Source: Chara braunii
Lineage: Eukaryota > Plantae > Charophyceae
DNA length: 64,000 bases
NCBI GenBank assembly: GCA_003427395.1
Contig: BFEA01000001.1
Location: 5,330,203-5,394,202, forward strand
Reading direction: 5' to 3'
Part shown: in pieces, positions 10,328 through 23,564 of the stretch
How positions within the stretch are numbered: the stretch's first letter is position 1
Layout of the letters: the number at the start of each line of letters is the position of its first letter
The notes under the pieces: generated by a model
What the model saw: the letters and a program-made list of their open reading frames with translations, nothing else
What the model was told of the DNA's origin: nothing
Databases searched by the model: none
Translations under genes and position numbers: made by a program

Positions 10328-10648
10328 ATGACGAGCTCGTGGAGTTCCGACGTATCTTGGAATTCTGAGGATTACGAGTCGTATTTCGGGGACCGGGAAA
10401 TCTGGGAAGAAGAGCAACTCCGATTTTGGGGAAATTTGAGGAACCCGGTATTCCCCTGCCTCACAGAAAACGATAGATTCTGCGCTAGGGAATTCCATCT
10501 CGCCGTACGAGGCGACCCGTGGGGACCCGACTACCCAAACACGTACAACACGCAGTATTTCATAACNCCCGGCTTCGTCCTTGTCACCACTAATTTCCCG
10601 CCATACCACCTCCTCCTCCCCTATCATCAGCTTACAGTAGTACCGTGA
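10328..10648 (+). CDS. Possible small ORF inside the LTR-like unit
   Basis: ATG ORF of about 106 aa with protein-like composition, downstream of the TATA box; no recognisable domain. Confidence 0.3.
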   Translation: MTSSWSSDVSWNSEDYESYFGDREIWEEEQLRFWGNLRNPVFPCLTENDRFCAREFHLAVRGDPWGPDYPNTYNTQYFIXPGFVLVTTNFPPYHLLLPYHQLTVVP

Positions 10649-11874
10649 AATTCCATACCACCTTATTGGCCCTCCACCCCGTGCCAAAGCTGCAGGCGGC
10701 GTGCCCATACCCGAACCCCCGAAGCCTCGGCACCTAGGCCTAGTTCCCACCAACCCACGCCACGTGGCGGGCTCCGCAGGAGTGAGCCCCAAAGACCGCC
10801 CCGACAGGCTCCCCAGAACCGGCGATCGCGTCAGGATCGGACGGCCCCGCACAACCAACGTGCAAGCCCGCGCCTGTAAATTTTCCCATTGCTCTATTGC
10901 ATCTATGCCCCTGAACCTTGCCCGACGGAGATCTCAGTTCCGGCCTGGGACTCCACCCCCACTTTCCAAAAATCCGTGGCACACCCCTTTTGCAGTTCCA
11001 TGCCCACACCCTACTCCGATCAGGAAGTCGCGCCGGGCGTGAGGTTGGGCGTCACAAGATGCATGCATTTAATCCTCAAAAGTGGAAAATGGACCCGGCT
11101 TTCCTTGATCAACAAAGATCCGTGCTTCGGGGCTTACTTCGGGTCTTACTCTGAAGGGTACATGAAGTCGTGAGGTACGGATCCCAGCTCATCACAGCTT
11201 CTCTCGTTTTCCTTTGTAATGGTTATGACTTTACTTGGTCTATGAAGAAGCAACACTCCTGATCTTTCTCTTCATGGACAGATAGCGTTGGCCTCGCTCC
11301 TCTGTTCTAAGTCTGGTCTAGAGACTAGCCAATCCGAGGCTAAGTGCCACTAGGGGGCGTTTACTCTTCTTTTGGAGTATTTTTCAACGAGGCCACAGTG
11401 TGGCAATGAGATGTTCAGATCGGATGGCAAAACCTGCTGTGTTCTTGAAACCAAGCCTAAACCCCTGCTGGTGGGACTTAGCCCCCGCAGTTGGGACGCA
11501 CCTATGCGATCTTTTCCACTGCTGGGCCCGGTGATCGGTGGGCACTAGACCAATTCCCAACCATTCTTGCGGAGACGCGGTGTGCATGCTGCCGCGTCGT
11601 GCGGAATGTACAGGGGTGCCGTTCCGCTGGACATCCGCCAGGTAAAATGGGTCACGTGGGAGGCTCATTTTGCGTGGGCGGGTGTCCAGCAAAACGGTCA
11701 GAAACGGAGAATTCGGTTAAGTGGGACTTGGCCCCAGTGGTCACGGTGAGGCATGGCAATTTTTAGGCCCACTTTGGGCCCTGTAAGTCATGGAGGTGGA
11801 TGGTTTATAAACGAATAAGCCATGGTCCAGACTCCAGATCTCCTCACACCCTCCCTCGCGGAGATGGTGCCGAG

Positions 11875-12256
11875 CTGTGTAGCACACCAAACATGTTCGG
11901 CGCCCCACCGAGCAGCCGAATGGGCGCTCGGCCGAGCGCGAACCGAACATGTTCGGCCGAGCGCAAATTAGAGGGCTGCCGAGCGCGTCCTCATGTGTGT
12001 GTGGTGTGTGTGGTGTGTGGGGTGTATGTGGGGTGTTTGTGGGATGTCTGGGGGTGCGTGTGTATGGTGTGTGTGTGTGTGTGTGTATGTTTAGGAGTCA
12101 GAGCGATGCCCCCCAGGGCCCCCCAACCCCTATATATATAAAAAATAAATAAAAAATAAAAAAAAATAAAAATGTTCGGGCTCGGTCAATTTTGGGTCAT
12201 GTTCGGGCTCGGTACCGAGCATTCGGGTCACCGAGCCCTAGCGCGATGCTACGCAG
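11875..12256. mobile_element. hAT-type MITE
   Basis: TIR CTGTGTAGCA/TGCTACGCAG; perfect 8-bp TSD GTGCCGAG; subterminal CCGAGC/CCGAAC motifs; GT-rich core. Confidence 0.85.
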
Positions 12257-12450
12257 GTGCCGAGGCAGAAGACAATCTAGGCTTTCTTGCCTCTTGAGTT
12301 CTGACTTTTTTTTTTTTTGAGTTCTGAGTATTTGGCACCAGGAAAATCCGCTTCACAGACTGGATGGATATCCAGTACCTAAACCACCAGTGCATTTCCC
12401 AGCTATTTTTTCATAGCCATGGCATGCATGCAGCCGTGACTCTCGGAAAG

Positions 12451-12550
12451 TACCGGGGGGCCGTTTCACTGGATATCCATCCAGGCAAAACAGGTCACAT
12501 GCGAGGCTCGTTTTGCCTGGATGGACATCCAGCGAAACAGCACCCCGGTA
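12451..12550. mobile_element. TA-flanked palindromic MITE (Tc1/mariner-like); related copy at about 11608-11700
   Basis: Near-perfect foldback TACCGGGG...CCCCGGTA. Confidence 0.6.
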
Positions 12551-12807
12551 CTTTTTGAAACTTGCGCCTCTATGCAACGCGCATATTTGATTTCTTAGCT
12601 GGGAAACGTACAGGTGGTTTGATATACAGTCATATGGAACACAAGATGCTCTCGATGCATGGCAAGAGCAGGGAACATTCACGGAGCTTCTTCAGGAACG
12701 AAAGAACTCTGGCTGACAAAGGATGATCTCAAGAGAACCACGACTTGTGACGAGCACAGCGTAGCGATGACCATCATCAATCAGTCCCTGCTCCTCCTTC
12801 GCTTTCA

Positions 12808-12883
<76 letters not shown>

Positions 12884-13668
12884 NNNNNNNNNNNNNNNNN
12901 NNNNNNNNNNNNNNNNNNNNNNNNNNNNNNNNNNNNNNNNNNNNNNNNNNNNNNNNNNNNNNNNNNNNNNNNNNNNNNNNNNNNNNNNNNNNNNNNNNNN
13001 NNNNNNNNNNNNNNNNNNNNNNNNNNNNNNNNNNNNNNNNNNNNNNNNNNNNNNNNNNNNNNNNNNNNNNNNNNNNNNNNNNNNNNNNNNNNNNNNNNNN
13101 NNNNNNNNNNNNNNNNNNNNNNNNNNNNNNNNNNNNNNNNNNNNNNNNNNNNNNNNNNNNNNNNNNNNNNNNNNNNNNNNNNNNNNNNNNNNNNNNNNNN
13201 NNNNNNNNNNNNNNNNNNNNNNNNNNNNNNNNNNNNNNNNNNNNNNNNNNNNNNNNNNNNNNNNNNNNNNNNNNNNNNNNNNNNNNNNNNNNNNNNNNNN
13301 NNNNNNNNNNNNNNNNNNNNNNNNNNNNNNNNNNNNNNNNNNNNNNNNNNNNNNNNNNNNNNNNNNNNNNNNNNNNNNNNNNNNNNNNNNNNNNNNNNNN
13401 NNNNNNNNNNNNNNNNNNNNNNNNNNNNNNNNNNNNNNNNNNNNNNNNNNNNNNNNNNNNNNNNNNNNNNNNNNNNNNNNNNNNNNNNNNNNNNNNNNNN
13501 NNNNNNNNNNNNNNNNNNNNNNNNNNNNNNNNNNNNNNNNNNNNNNNNNNNNNNNNNNNNNNNNNNNNNNNNNNNNNNNNNNNNNNNNNNNNNNNNNNNN
13601 NNNNNNNNNNNNNNNNNNNNNNNNNNNNNNNNNNCTCACCATCTCGAGAGATGGCCTAAGTTACTGAC

Positions 13669-13701
13669 CTGTCTCTTATACACATCTAGATGTGTATAAG
13701 A

Positions 13702-13706
<5 letters not shown>
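13669..13706. other. Nextera mate-pair junction adapter (assembly artefact)
   Basis: CTGTCTCTTATACACATCT+AGATGTGTATAAGAGACAG, two inverted Tn5 mosaic ends. Confidence 0.98.
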
Positions 13707-13747
<41 letters not shown>

Positions 13748-14017
13748 CTGCATTCACGAATGGGACACAGAGCAGCACTGCTAAGAAAGCAGAGAGATGG
13801 ACGGGACAAACCGACTGCAGCAGCACTACTGTCATGCAGAACCTGGATGTTGTTACGACACCAACTCTATCAGATGGTGGCGAGATCTTTGTCACAATCT
13901 TAGTCCTGGGCGTCGCAGTGGATGATGACATGCTGGGAGAAATGCATGCATATGGAATCAGAGGGGAGCATGCACCTGGTACCCACGATGATGGGGAATC
14001 TTCTTTTCGCGATGGGC

Positions 14018-15400
14018 TGTGACGAACTATTATTTTCTGTGCCGCGCGACTTTCTGCGCGATGATGATGAGGGGGGTATTAAGACGGGATCGGATGGAGC
14101 CTCATGGAGGAGCTGTGGAAAGATGGGTCGGTCGGGCAGATTGCATGGATGACCTCGTTTCTTTCTGTTTTCTCTGGAAATCTGTCGGGTCCGTGTCGGG
14201 AAAGTCCTGCGCCAACGATTGAGTAACCGCGCCTTAGCGAGCGCGACGGACAACGGTGGCCATGGCTTCTTTCTTGGTCTGCTGAGAGCATTGGGAATTT
14301 TGGCGCGATCATCACGCGGGAATATCGTTTTCCTTTTTTTGAATTTTCAACTGGCGACGAGCCCCCCCCACGGGCTCGCGGAATCGTTTTTGGGCTCTTC
14401 GGAATTTTCGTTTTGCAATTAGGACTTAGGCTAGGAATTTAGGTACTCTGAATTTTGCTGCGCCACGCTTCTCACTCGCGCACATTTTGTGGCACTGGGA
14501 ACTGGGCTCTGACTGGATCGCGCCCTTAATCTTGTGTAACTGTCGTTTTTGGCGGGCGCGATTAGAACTGTATCTTTCTTCTTTCTTGGTTTCCTCGTGT
14601 TTGCCCGCCTTCTTCTTCTTTGTCTTGCATGCTTAATACTCTGTTCCAATTGGCCCGAACGCCTGTATGACCGGATCGATGCGTGGAGTGTGGCTACAAC
14701 CCCCGCGCCGAGGCCTGGCCATGCAGAGGTAGGCACTTTGTCTCTTTTCCTCCTAATCACTTGGGCTTAATCCCGTATCCTTCACGCAAGCATGCATGCT
14801 ATAAATTTGGCGAGCGCGATTAGTTTGCTCTCTATGAACTTTGGGGTTAGCGCGATCAGTGAGGGTCGGCAAACGAGTCAAGCTTGAGAGGTGAGTCGAC
14901 GAGAGAGTTGGGCGATCCGACGAGCTGGTGCCGGGTATGCGGGGTTGACGTGCGGGCCGCGACGGACTGTGGCACACAGGCGAACCTGGCTTGCATGCCC
15001 GGACCAAGCGGGGTGTCAACTCTGTGTTGATGCGCGGCGACGGACTGCCCGCATCGGGGAATGTAGAGAGAGCGAGAGAGAGAAGCTATGTGTGGGATGA
15101 AGTCCCTTCTTCCAACTATCTGTATAATTTTGATTTCTACTTTGGCCGATCTTGTTGCGGCCCTCTCGGACTTTCTTTGTAAATCATCTCGGATTTTCTT
15201 TGTTGCTTTTGCTTCGTATGTATGCATGACATGGATGTGAACCCTTTTTCGAGTGATCCTCTCGGATTTCTTTTTTCTTGTTTTGCGATGCATGCTTGAT
15301 TATTTCGTCACTTTCTGGTATCCATCTCATCTTCCTTGCAATTTGGTATCGCAGCTGTGGTACGATTGCGCTCATCCGGCGCTTGTCTTCTGCCTTATGC
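14018..15400 (+). repeat. LTR-like unit related to 8620-11056 (3' boundary uncertain)
   Basis: Starts TGTGACGAACTA; shares blocks GATGCGTGGAGTG, GCATGCATGC-TATAAAT, CGACGAGCTGGTGCCG, CGACGGACTG. Confidence 0.7.
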
Positions 15401-17239
15401 GGTACATACATGCGGTCTGCTGGGCGAGTTTGACCGTAAGTGGTGTGTAGTGAGGAGGGTGGAGACGAGTGTGTAGGCGACCCAGGAGGTGAGGGGATCG
15501 CTAGGAAGGCTACGAGGGGGTAATGTGGTCTGGACAGTGTGATGAGAACTATCTAATGTGCGATTGATGCTGAGGTGGAACAACGAGATAGTGCTGGTTG
15601 TGCCGATGCAGTGACTGGTCATCGCAATCGCCATCTGGTCATCTGGTGAGATTATCTCTGTGGTTGGGGGCAGCTAATTGAGGTATGTTGCTCTTAACCT
15701 TATCTTCCCTCTTCGACACTTCTTACCGTGAGGTTGTGTGTTCCTTCTTGAGAGTCCTCTCATCGTGAGGTGTCGAGTGCGCTCAACCTTGAGAGTCGGC
15801 AATGTTCACGTGGAGCATCTGGGTGGAGATGGGTGGAGCTTTCTGAAGGGCCCTGGACGAAGCATTGTGTCACGGTCACCATGCCAACCCACAGGGAATA
15901 GAACACGCATGCGTTGCTGCCTGTCCTTTGTTCGGCTTGCTGCGCTGTTAGATGGGTACTACTGGGCAGGCCAGCCCTACAGGAAAGACGAGCACCCGGC
16001 GTATATAAATAAACACGGGAAGGGGATATCACTGGCTGTGATCGTCGTCCTGCTGCGATGTAAAATAATTCCTGATGTCACTTGGGGGCGGACGTTAAAA
16101 TGCCTCTTGATCAGCCAGTGATGTAAGGCTCGCGACACGCCGAGGATAAATATACGTGCAAGGCTGGCCAGCTCAACAGTTACTCGGGGCACAGGGGTGG
16201 GCCGGACACACACCTTTAGACAGCGACGCTCTCCAGATCGCTCAAGGACGCTGACGTCAAGTGATACTCAAGGGAACTAAGGGAGGGGTTTATTCCAGGT
16301 GATAAGTTCGAGAAAATTTCATGTTGTCCTATCCGCACAAATGCTTCTATTTTTATGTTTTGATTAGTTAGATGTACTGCCATTGACATCTGACAGACAA
16401 CATTAGTTAGAACTGTTTATTGTTCCTGGTGCTTCTGTTTGCAAACTTGTCAGACTAAAAATAGTTTCAGCTGTAGGAATCTGACTTACCTGTTGACCTC
16501 AAGTGATATCTGTTCCAAAATAGCCACCAACTTATTAGTTGGTCTGAGCATTATGTTGTGGTAGGCACCTAGAGTGTCCTAGTGTAGACGGTGCACAACA
16601 TTGTAGCCTATGAGCGACCAGGAGGACACACACTTGGATGTCTGGATCTTGCGATCAGCTAGACGCCCGATAGCCCACGTGTCCCTAGGACCGGAGGGTG
16701 ATAGGATTCTGTTTCGCCAGCTTAGGGAGAGACAGCAGCAGCAGAGGAGAGCTAGAGTAGCCGAGGCCAGCAGGGCTTTAGTTAGCGAGGCCGGTGCTAC
16801 AGCAGCCATGACTACTTCCGACATGGTCACTTCTGCGCAGCAGACTTCCCAAGCCAGCAGTTCAGGTGTCGTCGGGTCAACGGTCGCGCAGACCGTGAGT
16901 CAGTCCACTGCCGTTATGGCAAGCCAGGCAGCAGTGTTGACTCCAGAGGATGTCGCCATCCAGCAGGCAGCCCTGCAGGAGGCACAACTACAGCGGTCAT
17001 TAGGAGAGAGAAAAGCGGAGAAGGAGAAGATGATCAGAAAAAGAGTTAGGATGCAGCAGAGAGAGGCAGACATAGAGGAGTTAGAGACGATGGACCTGAC
17101 GAACATGGATGATGATGTGAGGGTAGTTAGGAGGGCCCTGCTAAGTGTAATAGAGATGCAGGAGCATTAAACTACCATCCTTCAAGATATCCAACAGAGC
17201 CTAGTCGTTGGCAGGCCGTGCTCAGGCAGCACCATCACC

Positions 17240-17770
17240 CTATGAAACACCCGCGGACGTGTCCGTGGGTCCGATCTCGGATGGCGGACGCAGATGGGCC
17301 CACGTCCGCGGCCGACCTGGTCCGCTCCGCGGACCCGATTTTACCAGAATTTTCCTGAATTAAATAATAGGTTAAAAAATATATATATGTGGGGTTGTAG
17401 GGAATTTTAAGCCCTACAGCCCCATATTTTGTTTTTTGGAATCCGACTTTGTTTAGGATTTTAAAAAAATCAAAAACTAAATTCGATTTAAAGAAAATTA
17501 AAAAATATTTATAAAGAAAAGCTGGTTTTTTTTTTTGTCATTTTTTATCATGAGATATATGGTCCCTAAGTTCACCTGTATTTTTTTAGAAATGAATTTC
17601 TGTTTTTTTGATGGGTATGAGGTGTTTAAAAAAAATGCAGATACACAATTTAAAAATAAATAAAGAAAAAACTTCAAAAAAGGGGTTTGATTGATTGATT
17701 GATTGTGAGTGAGTGAGTGAGTGAGTAAGTGAGTGTGTGTGTGTGTTTGTGTGTGTGTGCAAGAGAGAGA

Positions 17771-17855
<85 letters not shown>

Positions 17856-18553
17856 NNNNNNNNNNNNNNNNNNNNNNNNNNNNNNNNNNNNNNNNNNNNN
17901 NNNNNNNNNNNNNNNNNNNNNNNNNNNNNNNNNNNNNNNNNNNNNNNNNNNNNNNNNNNNNNNNNNNNNNNNNNNNNNNNNNNNNNNNNNNNNNNNNNNN
18001 NNNNNNNNNNNNNNNNNNNNNNNNNNNNNNNNNNNNNNNNNNNNNNNNNNNNNNNNNNNNNNNNNNNNNNNNNNNNNNNNNNNNNNNNNNNNNNNNNNNN
18101 NNNNNNNNNNNNNNNNNNNNNNNNNNNNNNNNNNNNNNNNNNNNNNNNNNNNNNNNNNNNNNNNNNNNNNNNNNNNNNNNNNNNNNNNNNNNNNNNNNNN
18201 NNNNNNNNNNNNNNNNNNNNNNNNNNNNNNNNNNNNNNNNNNNNNNNNNNNNNNNNNNNNNNNNNNNNNNNNNNNNNNNNNNNNNNNNNNNNNNNNNNNN
18301 NNNNNNNNNNNNNNNNNNNNTTCTCGTCGGCAGCCCAACCCCCCCAACCAAAAGATGTTGTTTTTCCAATTTTTTTTTTGTGGGGGGGTGGAGCCGGGGA
18401 TGCGCCGCCAAATGGTGTTTCCCGAATCCCGAAACCCCCTCCCCTCTGACCGCCACATGGCGCCAAAGCCGCGCGGACGCGTCCGAGGGCTCGCGGCCTC
18501 GTCCGCGGCCGCGGACTTGGCCGCGCGTGTCCGTCGCCGCAGGGGATTCGTAG
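17240..18553. mobile_element. hAT-type MITE nested in gag of the second element
   Basis: Perfect 8-bp TSD CCATCACC; imperfect TIR CTATGAAAC/GATTCGTAG; CCGCGG subterminal arrays; GT/GA microsatellite core with gap. Confidence 0.85.
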
Positions 18554-20594
18554 CCATCACCAGTCGGGCGCGGTGCCTGGTCCGTGCCATATCCTCCTTT
18601 TTCTGTCCCACCAGTGACAGAGGTATCCCCATATGTAGCCCCGTCATCGGTTGCTATCGTTTCCCTGGGCATGGCGCTGTCAGGAGGGGTAACAGCAGGG
18701 AGTAGTTTGCAGGTTTCTGTACAGACAGTGTACACCCAAACTCCGTCGCAGGTTGCAGTCACCACGCAGCCTGCTGTCTCGCAGACTGTGCAGCCTCAGG
18801 GCACGGAGCCCCAACAGCTAGCATAACAAACTGTGTCACCAGGTCCACAGCCCGGAGTGGTGCACGGACCGGGACAAACTCAGTGGGTTCCAAAGACGGC
18901 CATCGCCGCTCCCAAACCTTTTACAGGGGACAAGAGAGGCGAAGACCTCGACACATGGTTGAGGTCAGTGCCAGTCTATGTTAGGTGCAAACTTACCTTG
19001 CCGCACGAAGAAGTGCTTGTGGCTGCATCTTACCTAGAGGGTAGTGCAGCAAGATGGTTGAGCGGTTTAGTGCAGCTCCAAGGATATGGTCATGACTTCC
19101 GCGCTTGGCAGCCACCCAAAAACTGGATGACTTCCTGAAGATGGTGGAGGAGAGGTGGCATGATCCTCAGGAGGCTCAAAAGGTCACTGATGCGATCCTG
19201 ACACTGCACACGAGGCAGTTTAAGTTAGTAAGGGAAGCCACGGAAGCTGCTGAGCGTCTGATCTGTGTCCCAGGGGTGCGCTATGACCCCCAGGTCCTGC
19301 TGACTTCGTACTTGAGATCCTTTTCTCAGCCTCTCAGGAACCAGTTGGCAAAAGAGGTCAATATCAATAACCACAACTTTCCTTCGTTCAGCAAGGTGGC
19401 CCTAGACCTTGAAGCTAAAGACGCTTCAGAGGATGGGAGGAAGAAGACACTGCCTCCTAACTGGAAAGCGAAAAGTCGCTTGATGTTTGTCGACAACGAT
19501 GGTTCAACCATCGAGTTGGACGGCAACTTCCAGGAGGGAGTAGGTTCAGAGGCAGGCAGTGTAGACGCTTCAGAGGATGAAGTATTCGTTGTCGCATCTC
19601 AAAAAGGAAAGGCGACCGGTAGACGCCGTGGAGGCTCCCGGTCTAGGAGTCAAGTCGACCCCAACGCTCCCCCATGGGAGAAAGCGGGTCTTACAGAGGA
19701 CGTGTGGAGAGACCGTTACTCACGGCAAGCCTGTATTCGTTGTGGTCAATATGGCCACAACCAATTCAACTGCCGCAATAAGAAGGTGACAGAAAAGATC
19801 CTGCCTACGATGGGGCAGGTCCTGGGATCCTCTCATCCCGTTGGTAGCAACGTTGCCAGCACTTCAGGCAGTGCTCCGGGAGACACGTCGGGCCTGTAGG
19901 AATGGTAGTTGTTCCTGCTAGGGTCGAGGTGGTGGAGACACCCTCACCATCTCGAGAGATGGCCTAAGTTACTGACTCCAGCGTCGTCCCGCAAGCACAT
20001 TCAGACCCATCGAGCCTCTGTTCGATGAATGTGTTCGAGTCCTTAGAGGAGCTAGAGGTGGAGTGGTCTAGATCAGACCCACTACCTTCTTGGACGGCAC
20101 TAGTCAAAGCCTCGAAGGGTGAGATGTTTGTCAGCGAGGTAGTCATTGGCGGCCACAAGGCCAGGGCCTATTATGACACTTGCTCGACTAGGAACTTTAT
20201 CAGTCGCGCGTGCGTTGAGAGGCTGCGTTTACAGGGGCGAGTGCAACGCCTGAGTCGACCTGTGGAGTCGACCTGTGCCAACAAACAGCGCAAGGTAGTC
20301 AATGACTACCTCCAGGATGTTGAGTGTTGTTTCCCGTACGCGGGAGGGGACTTGAGACATCGTGTCTCATTCCTAGTAAGTGACAAGCTCCCAATGGATA
20401 TGCTACTAGGTATGTACTACCCCTCTGTGGCACAGCCCCAGTTTGACTAGGACCGAAAAGTGGTCAAACACACTTTGCCAGGTGGAGGAACCGCCAGATT
20501 ACATAAGTTCAAAGCTAGTAGTCTGATTGAGTCCTATGGGTGCATGTGTGTGGCCGCGTTCTAGAATTATTATAAGCAAAATCAGGAGGAGGGT

Positions 20595-22181
20595 ATGTAT
20601 TTAGTTTATGTCTCTGCTGCAGGCGAGCAGGTGAAAATGCCGCCAAAGATAGAGGGAGTAGTTGCTAAGTACCCTGATCTATTTCAAGAGCCAACAGGGG
20701 TTGTTGAGAGGGAGGTCGTCCACGCAATAGAGATTATCCCAGGGTCTAGTATTCTGAAGGGTAGGATCTATCGGATGTCTCCAGGCGAGCTTGATGAGCT
20801 TCGCCACCAACTCAAGGAACTCGTAGAGAAGGGTTGGATCCGGCCGAGTGTCTCTCCTTATGGATCTCCAGTACTATTTGTACCTAAGAAGGAGGGTACA
20901 CTGAGGATGTGCATTGACTATAGGGGCCTCAATGCCATCACTGTAAAGAACAAAGAGCCCCTACCGCACATCTACGATCTGCTAGATAGAGTGCAAGGGT
21001 GTCGGTACTTCAGCAAGATAGATCTGAAGTCCGGGTACCATCAGATTGCAATCCGGCCCGAGGATCAACACAAAACCGCCTTTCAGACCAGGTACGGTCT
21101 ACACGAGTTTGTGGTGATGCCTTTCGGCCTTTGTAATGCTCCGGGCACCTTTCAGCACGCTATGAATCGGATATTCCATGACTACTTAGACGAGTTTGTG
21201 ATTGTGTACCTCGATGACATACTTATTTTTAGTAGGATTGTCGAGGAGCATGTTGCACACTTGGACAAAGTCCTCAGTCTCGTGCGACAGCACAAGTTCA
21301 AGATCAACGGTGAGAAGTGTGAGTTTGGCCGCACCCGTGTCTTGTACTTGGGGCATGAGATCTCCGTGAAAGGGTTGAAGTCCGATGTCGCGAAGGTGGC
21401 CAGCATTCGTGATTGGCCACGTCCTCAGTCTATGACTGAGATGAGATCTTTCTTAGGAATGACAGGCTACTATAGGACTTTCGTTAAAAACTATAGCAAA
21501 GTAGCCGCTCCTTTGACTGATCTGACCCGCCTTGACACCCCATGGGAGTGGACATATGAGTGCGAGGCTGCTTTCAGACATCTGAAGCATGCGTTGACGC
21601 ACTACGAGGTCTTGAAACTTCCTGATCCTGACAAGCCGTTTATAGTCACCACGGATGCCAGCCAATATGGCGTTGGCGCCGTGCTCGCGCAGCAGGAGGG
21701 GCCAAAATTGAGGCCGGTAGAGTACATGTCCAAGAAAATGTTGTCTCAGAAGTTGGCTAAGTCCACCTATGGGAAGGATCTATATGCGGTTTACAAGGCT
21801 CTGACCCATTGGAGACACTATCTCCTTGGGAGATTCTTCATCCTCAGGACTGATCATCAGACCCTGAGATGGATGAGAACCCAGCCTGTGCTTTCTGACA
21901 CTCTCAAGCGTTGGATTGAAGACATTGAGCAGTATGACTTCAACCCTCAGTATCTGAAAAGGGAGTACAACAAGGTTGCAGATGCCTTGTCGCATAGACC
22001 TGATTTCTCAGGTGCGTTGATTACTGAGTTTAATCTGACGGACCATGTTACTCAGTCCTTGGTGAAAGCCTATCGCGAGGACCAGTTCATGTTTGAGATC
22101 ATACGCAGACTTCAAGCAAAGGACAAGAAGACCTCTGCTGAGTTTGAGTTGGTCAATGGCTTGCTGTTCCTTGAGAAGTGA
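20595..22181 (+). pseudogene. RT-RNase H portion of gypsy pol
   Basis: SPYGSPVLFVPKK, RMCIDYRGLN, FSKIDLKSGYHQ, MPFGLCNAP, YLDD, NKVADALS; flanked by in-frame stops. Confidence 0.92.
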
Positions 22182-23274
22182 GGGAATAAACGATTGTGTG
22201 TTCCCAATAGCGAGTCTTTGCATAGTTTATTTTTAGGTGAGTGTCATGATGCCACCGGCCATTTTGGGTATAAGAAGACCGCAGCGAACTTGCTGCAGCG
22301 GCTCTGGTGGCCCACGATGATGAGAGGTGCCCAGTTGTACGTGGAGACTTGTCAAGTTTCCCAACGGGACAAGCCACGTACTCAGGCTCCTCTTGGGCTT
22401 CTGAAGCCCCTTTCGATTCCGGAACGGCCTGGTGAGAGTCTGTCCATGAATTTCATGGATACTCTGATCACCAGCAAGAGTGGGATGCGTCACATCTTCA
22501 TTATCGTGGATAGATTCAACAAGTATGCTAGGTTAGTGGCAATGCCGGAAACAGCCAGAACGGAGTCCGTGATCAGAATGTTTAAAGAGAACTGGGTCAG
22601 GGACTTTGGTTTACCGAAGTCTATTATTAGTGACAGGGATGTCCGGTTTACCAGCGAGTTGCTCAAGCGCTGCTGTTGCGCTATTTGCTGGCTGGCGCCT
22701 ACGCTCTCACGGGCGAGCAGGGAAGGAGCACGCAGCCATAGCCGAGTTGCGCTGCTGTAAGTTGGGCGCAGGGTGGTCCTTGGGTGCTAGTGGCATCTGT
22801 GAGTTGGGGAACGAGGTTGTGAGTGTAGCACGAGACATACCTGGTGCTGGAAGGGTGCGACATTGGTCGCCATATGCTCGTACTTCGGGAATGTTGTTGA
22901 CGTCATCTTTCGGCTTCGTAGTATAGGCTAGATAGGATCTGCCACATGGAGTCTGGGCGCCGAGCGCCAGATAGGATATCAACTCTGGTTCTTTGTTGAT
23001 GATGATGGGACTATTTCAGCATTGTCAATTATGAACTCTTGGTGTGTTCTTATTTGGTGAATCTCGTGATGCAATTCTGCTGTTGGTTCGAGGTCACGAC
23101 TATTTGGACTCGTATGTATGATGCTGTTTGATTGCTGAAGTTCGCTATTGCTCATCTTCCTTGCAGTATTGTATACATGTGTGTATGGATTGTGCTATCT
23201 GGGGTAGTATCTCATGTGTGTATATATATATATATATGTGGTAGAGACAGGTCTATCTGGACAGGACCCCCCAA

Positions 23275-23350
23275 AGTCCAGAACCGGACTCGAACCTGTG
23301 ACCTTCAGTATGAAACTGAAGGGTTCTACCACTTATACTACTGTGGGAAG
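23275..23350 (-). repeat. Degenerate tRNA-like sequence (SINE head or pseudogene)
   Basis: Minus strand TAGTATAAGTGG (A box), stem CTTCAG-TTTCATA-CTGAAG, GGTTCGAGTCC (B box); acceptor stem does not pair. Confidence 0.55.
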
Positions 23351-23564
23351 TGGAAAAATTGTGTGTAATGTCTGGACTGGGGGAGATTATCAGAGCGACG
23401 AAAGCCTACAACAACCAGCAACCAACGTGAAGACTAGACAGCATACAACACCCATGAACTGACCCCCTGGGTGGCGTGCAGGCAGTGTCTGTAATAGTAC
23501 CATGAGTCAGCCCAGGGGAGTGTGTGTCCAGCCATGCGTCATTCTAACACCATGCCAGTGTCCA

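Larger units (their letters stand above)
1..11056 (+). mobile_element. Ty3/gypsy-type LTR retrotransposon (5' end outside window) with PHD-integrase and extra 3' ORFs; decayed copy
   Basis: Order is PBS, gag (CCHC), aspartic protease, RT, RNase H, integrase (gypsy order), followed by an LTR-like unit 8620-11056 with TGTGACG...CGTCACA termini. Confidence 0.9.
8620..11056 (+). repeat. LTR-like unit
   Basis: 7-bp inverted termini TGTGACG/CGTCACA; TATAAAT at 9415; 10984-11048 matches 312-376; homologous unit starts at 14018. Confidence 0.75.
16610..22665 (+). mobile_element. Second Ty3/gypsy (chromovirus-like) retrotransposon internal region, decayed and 3'-truncated within integrase
   Basis: Gag PKPFTG..YLEGSAARW and CIRCGQYGHNQFNC; protease YDTCSTRNF; RT VYLDDILIF; RNase H TDASQYG; integrase HDATGH..CQV, SDRD, then homology ends; several stops and frameshifts. 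Confidence 0.9.

Noticed and set aside
8620-11056. Independent solo LTR insertion
   Set aside because: Flanks (ACATA / AGATG) are not a TSD
12659-13699. Long ORFs spanning N gaps and microsatellites (also at about 17.5-18.7, 41-42.8, 54 and 56 kb)
   Set aside because: Open only because of Ns and low complexity
13669-13706. Perfect 38-bp palindrome as a Tn5 insertion or horizontal transfer
   Set aside because: It is the Nextera mate-pair junction adapter, with a chimeric mate sequence beside it
23275-23350. tRNA with UCA anticodon (Sec or opal suppressor)
   Set aside because: Acceptor stem unpaired, D and T stems mismatched, no long variable arm; best read as a decayed tRNA-like repeat
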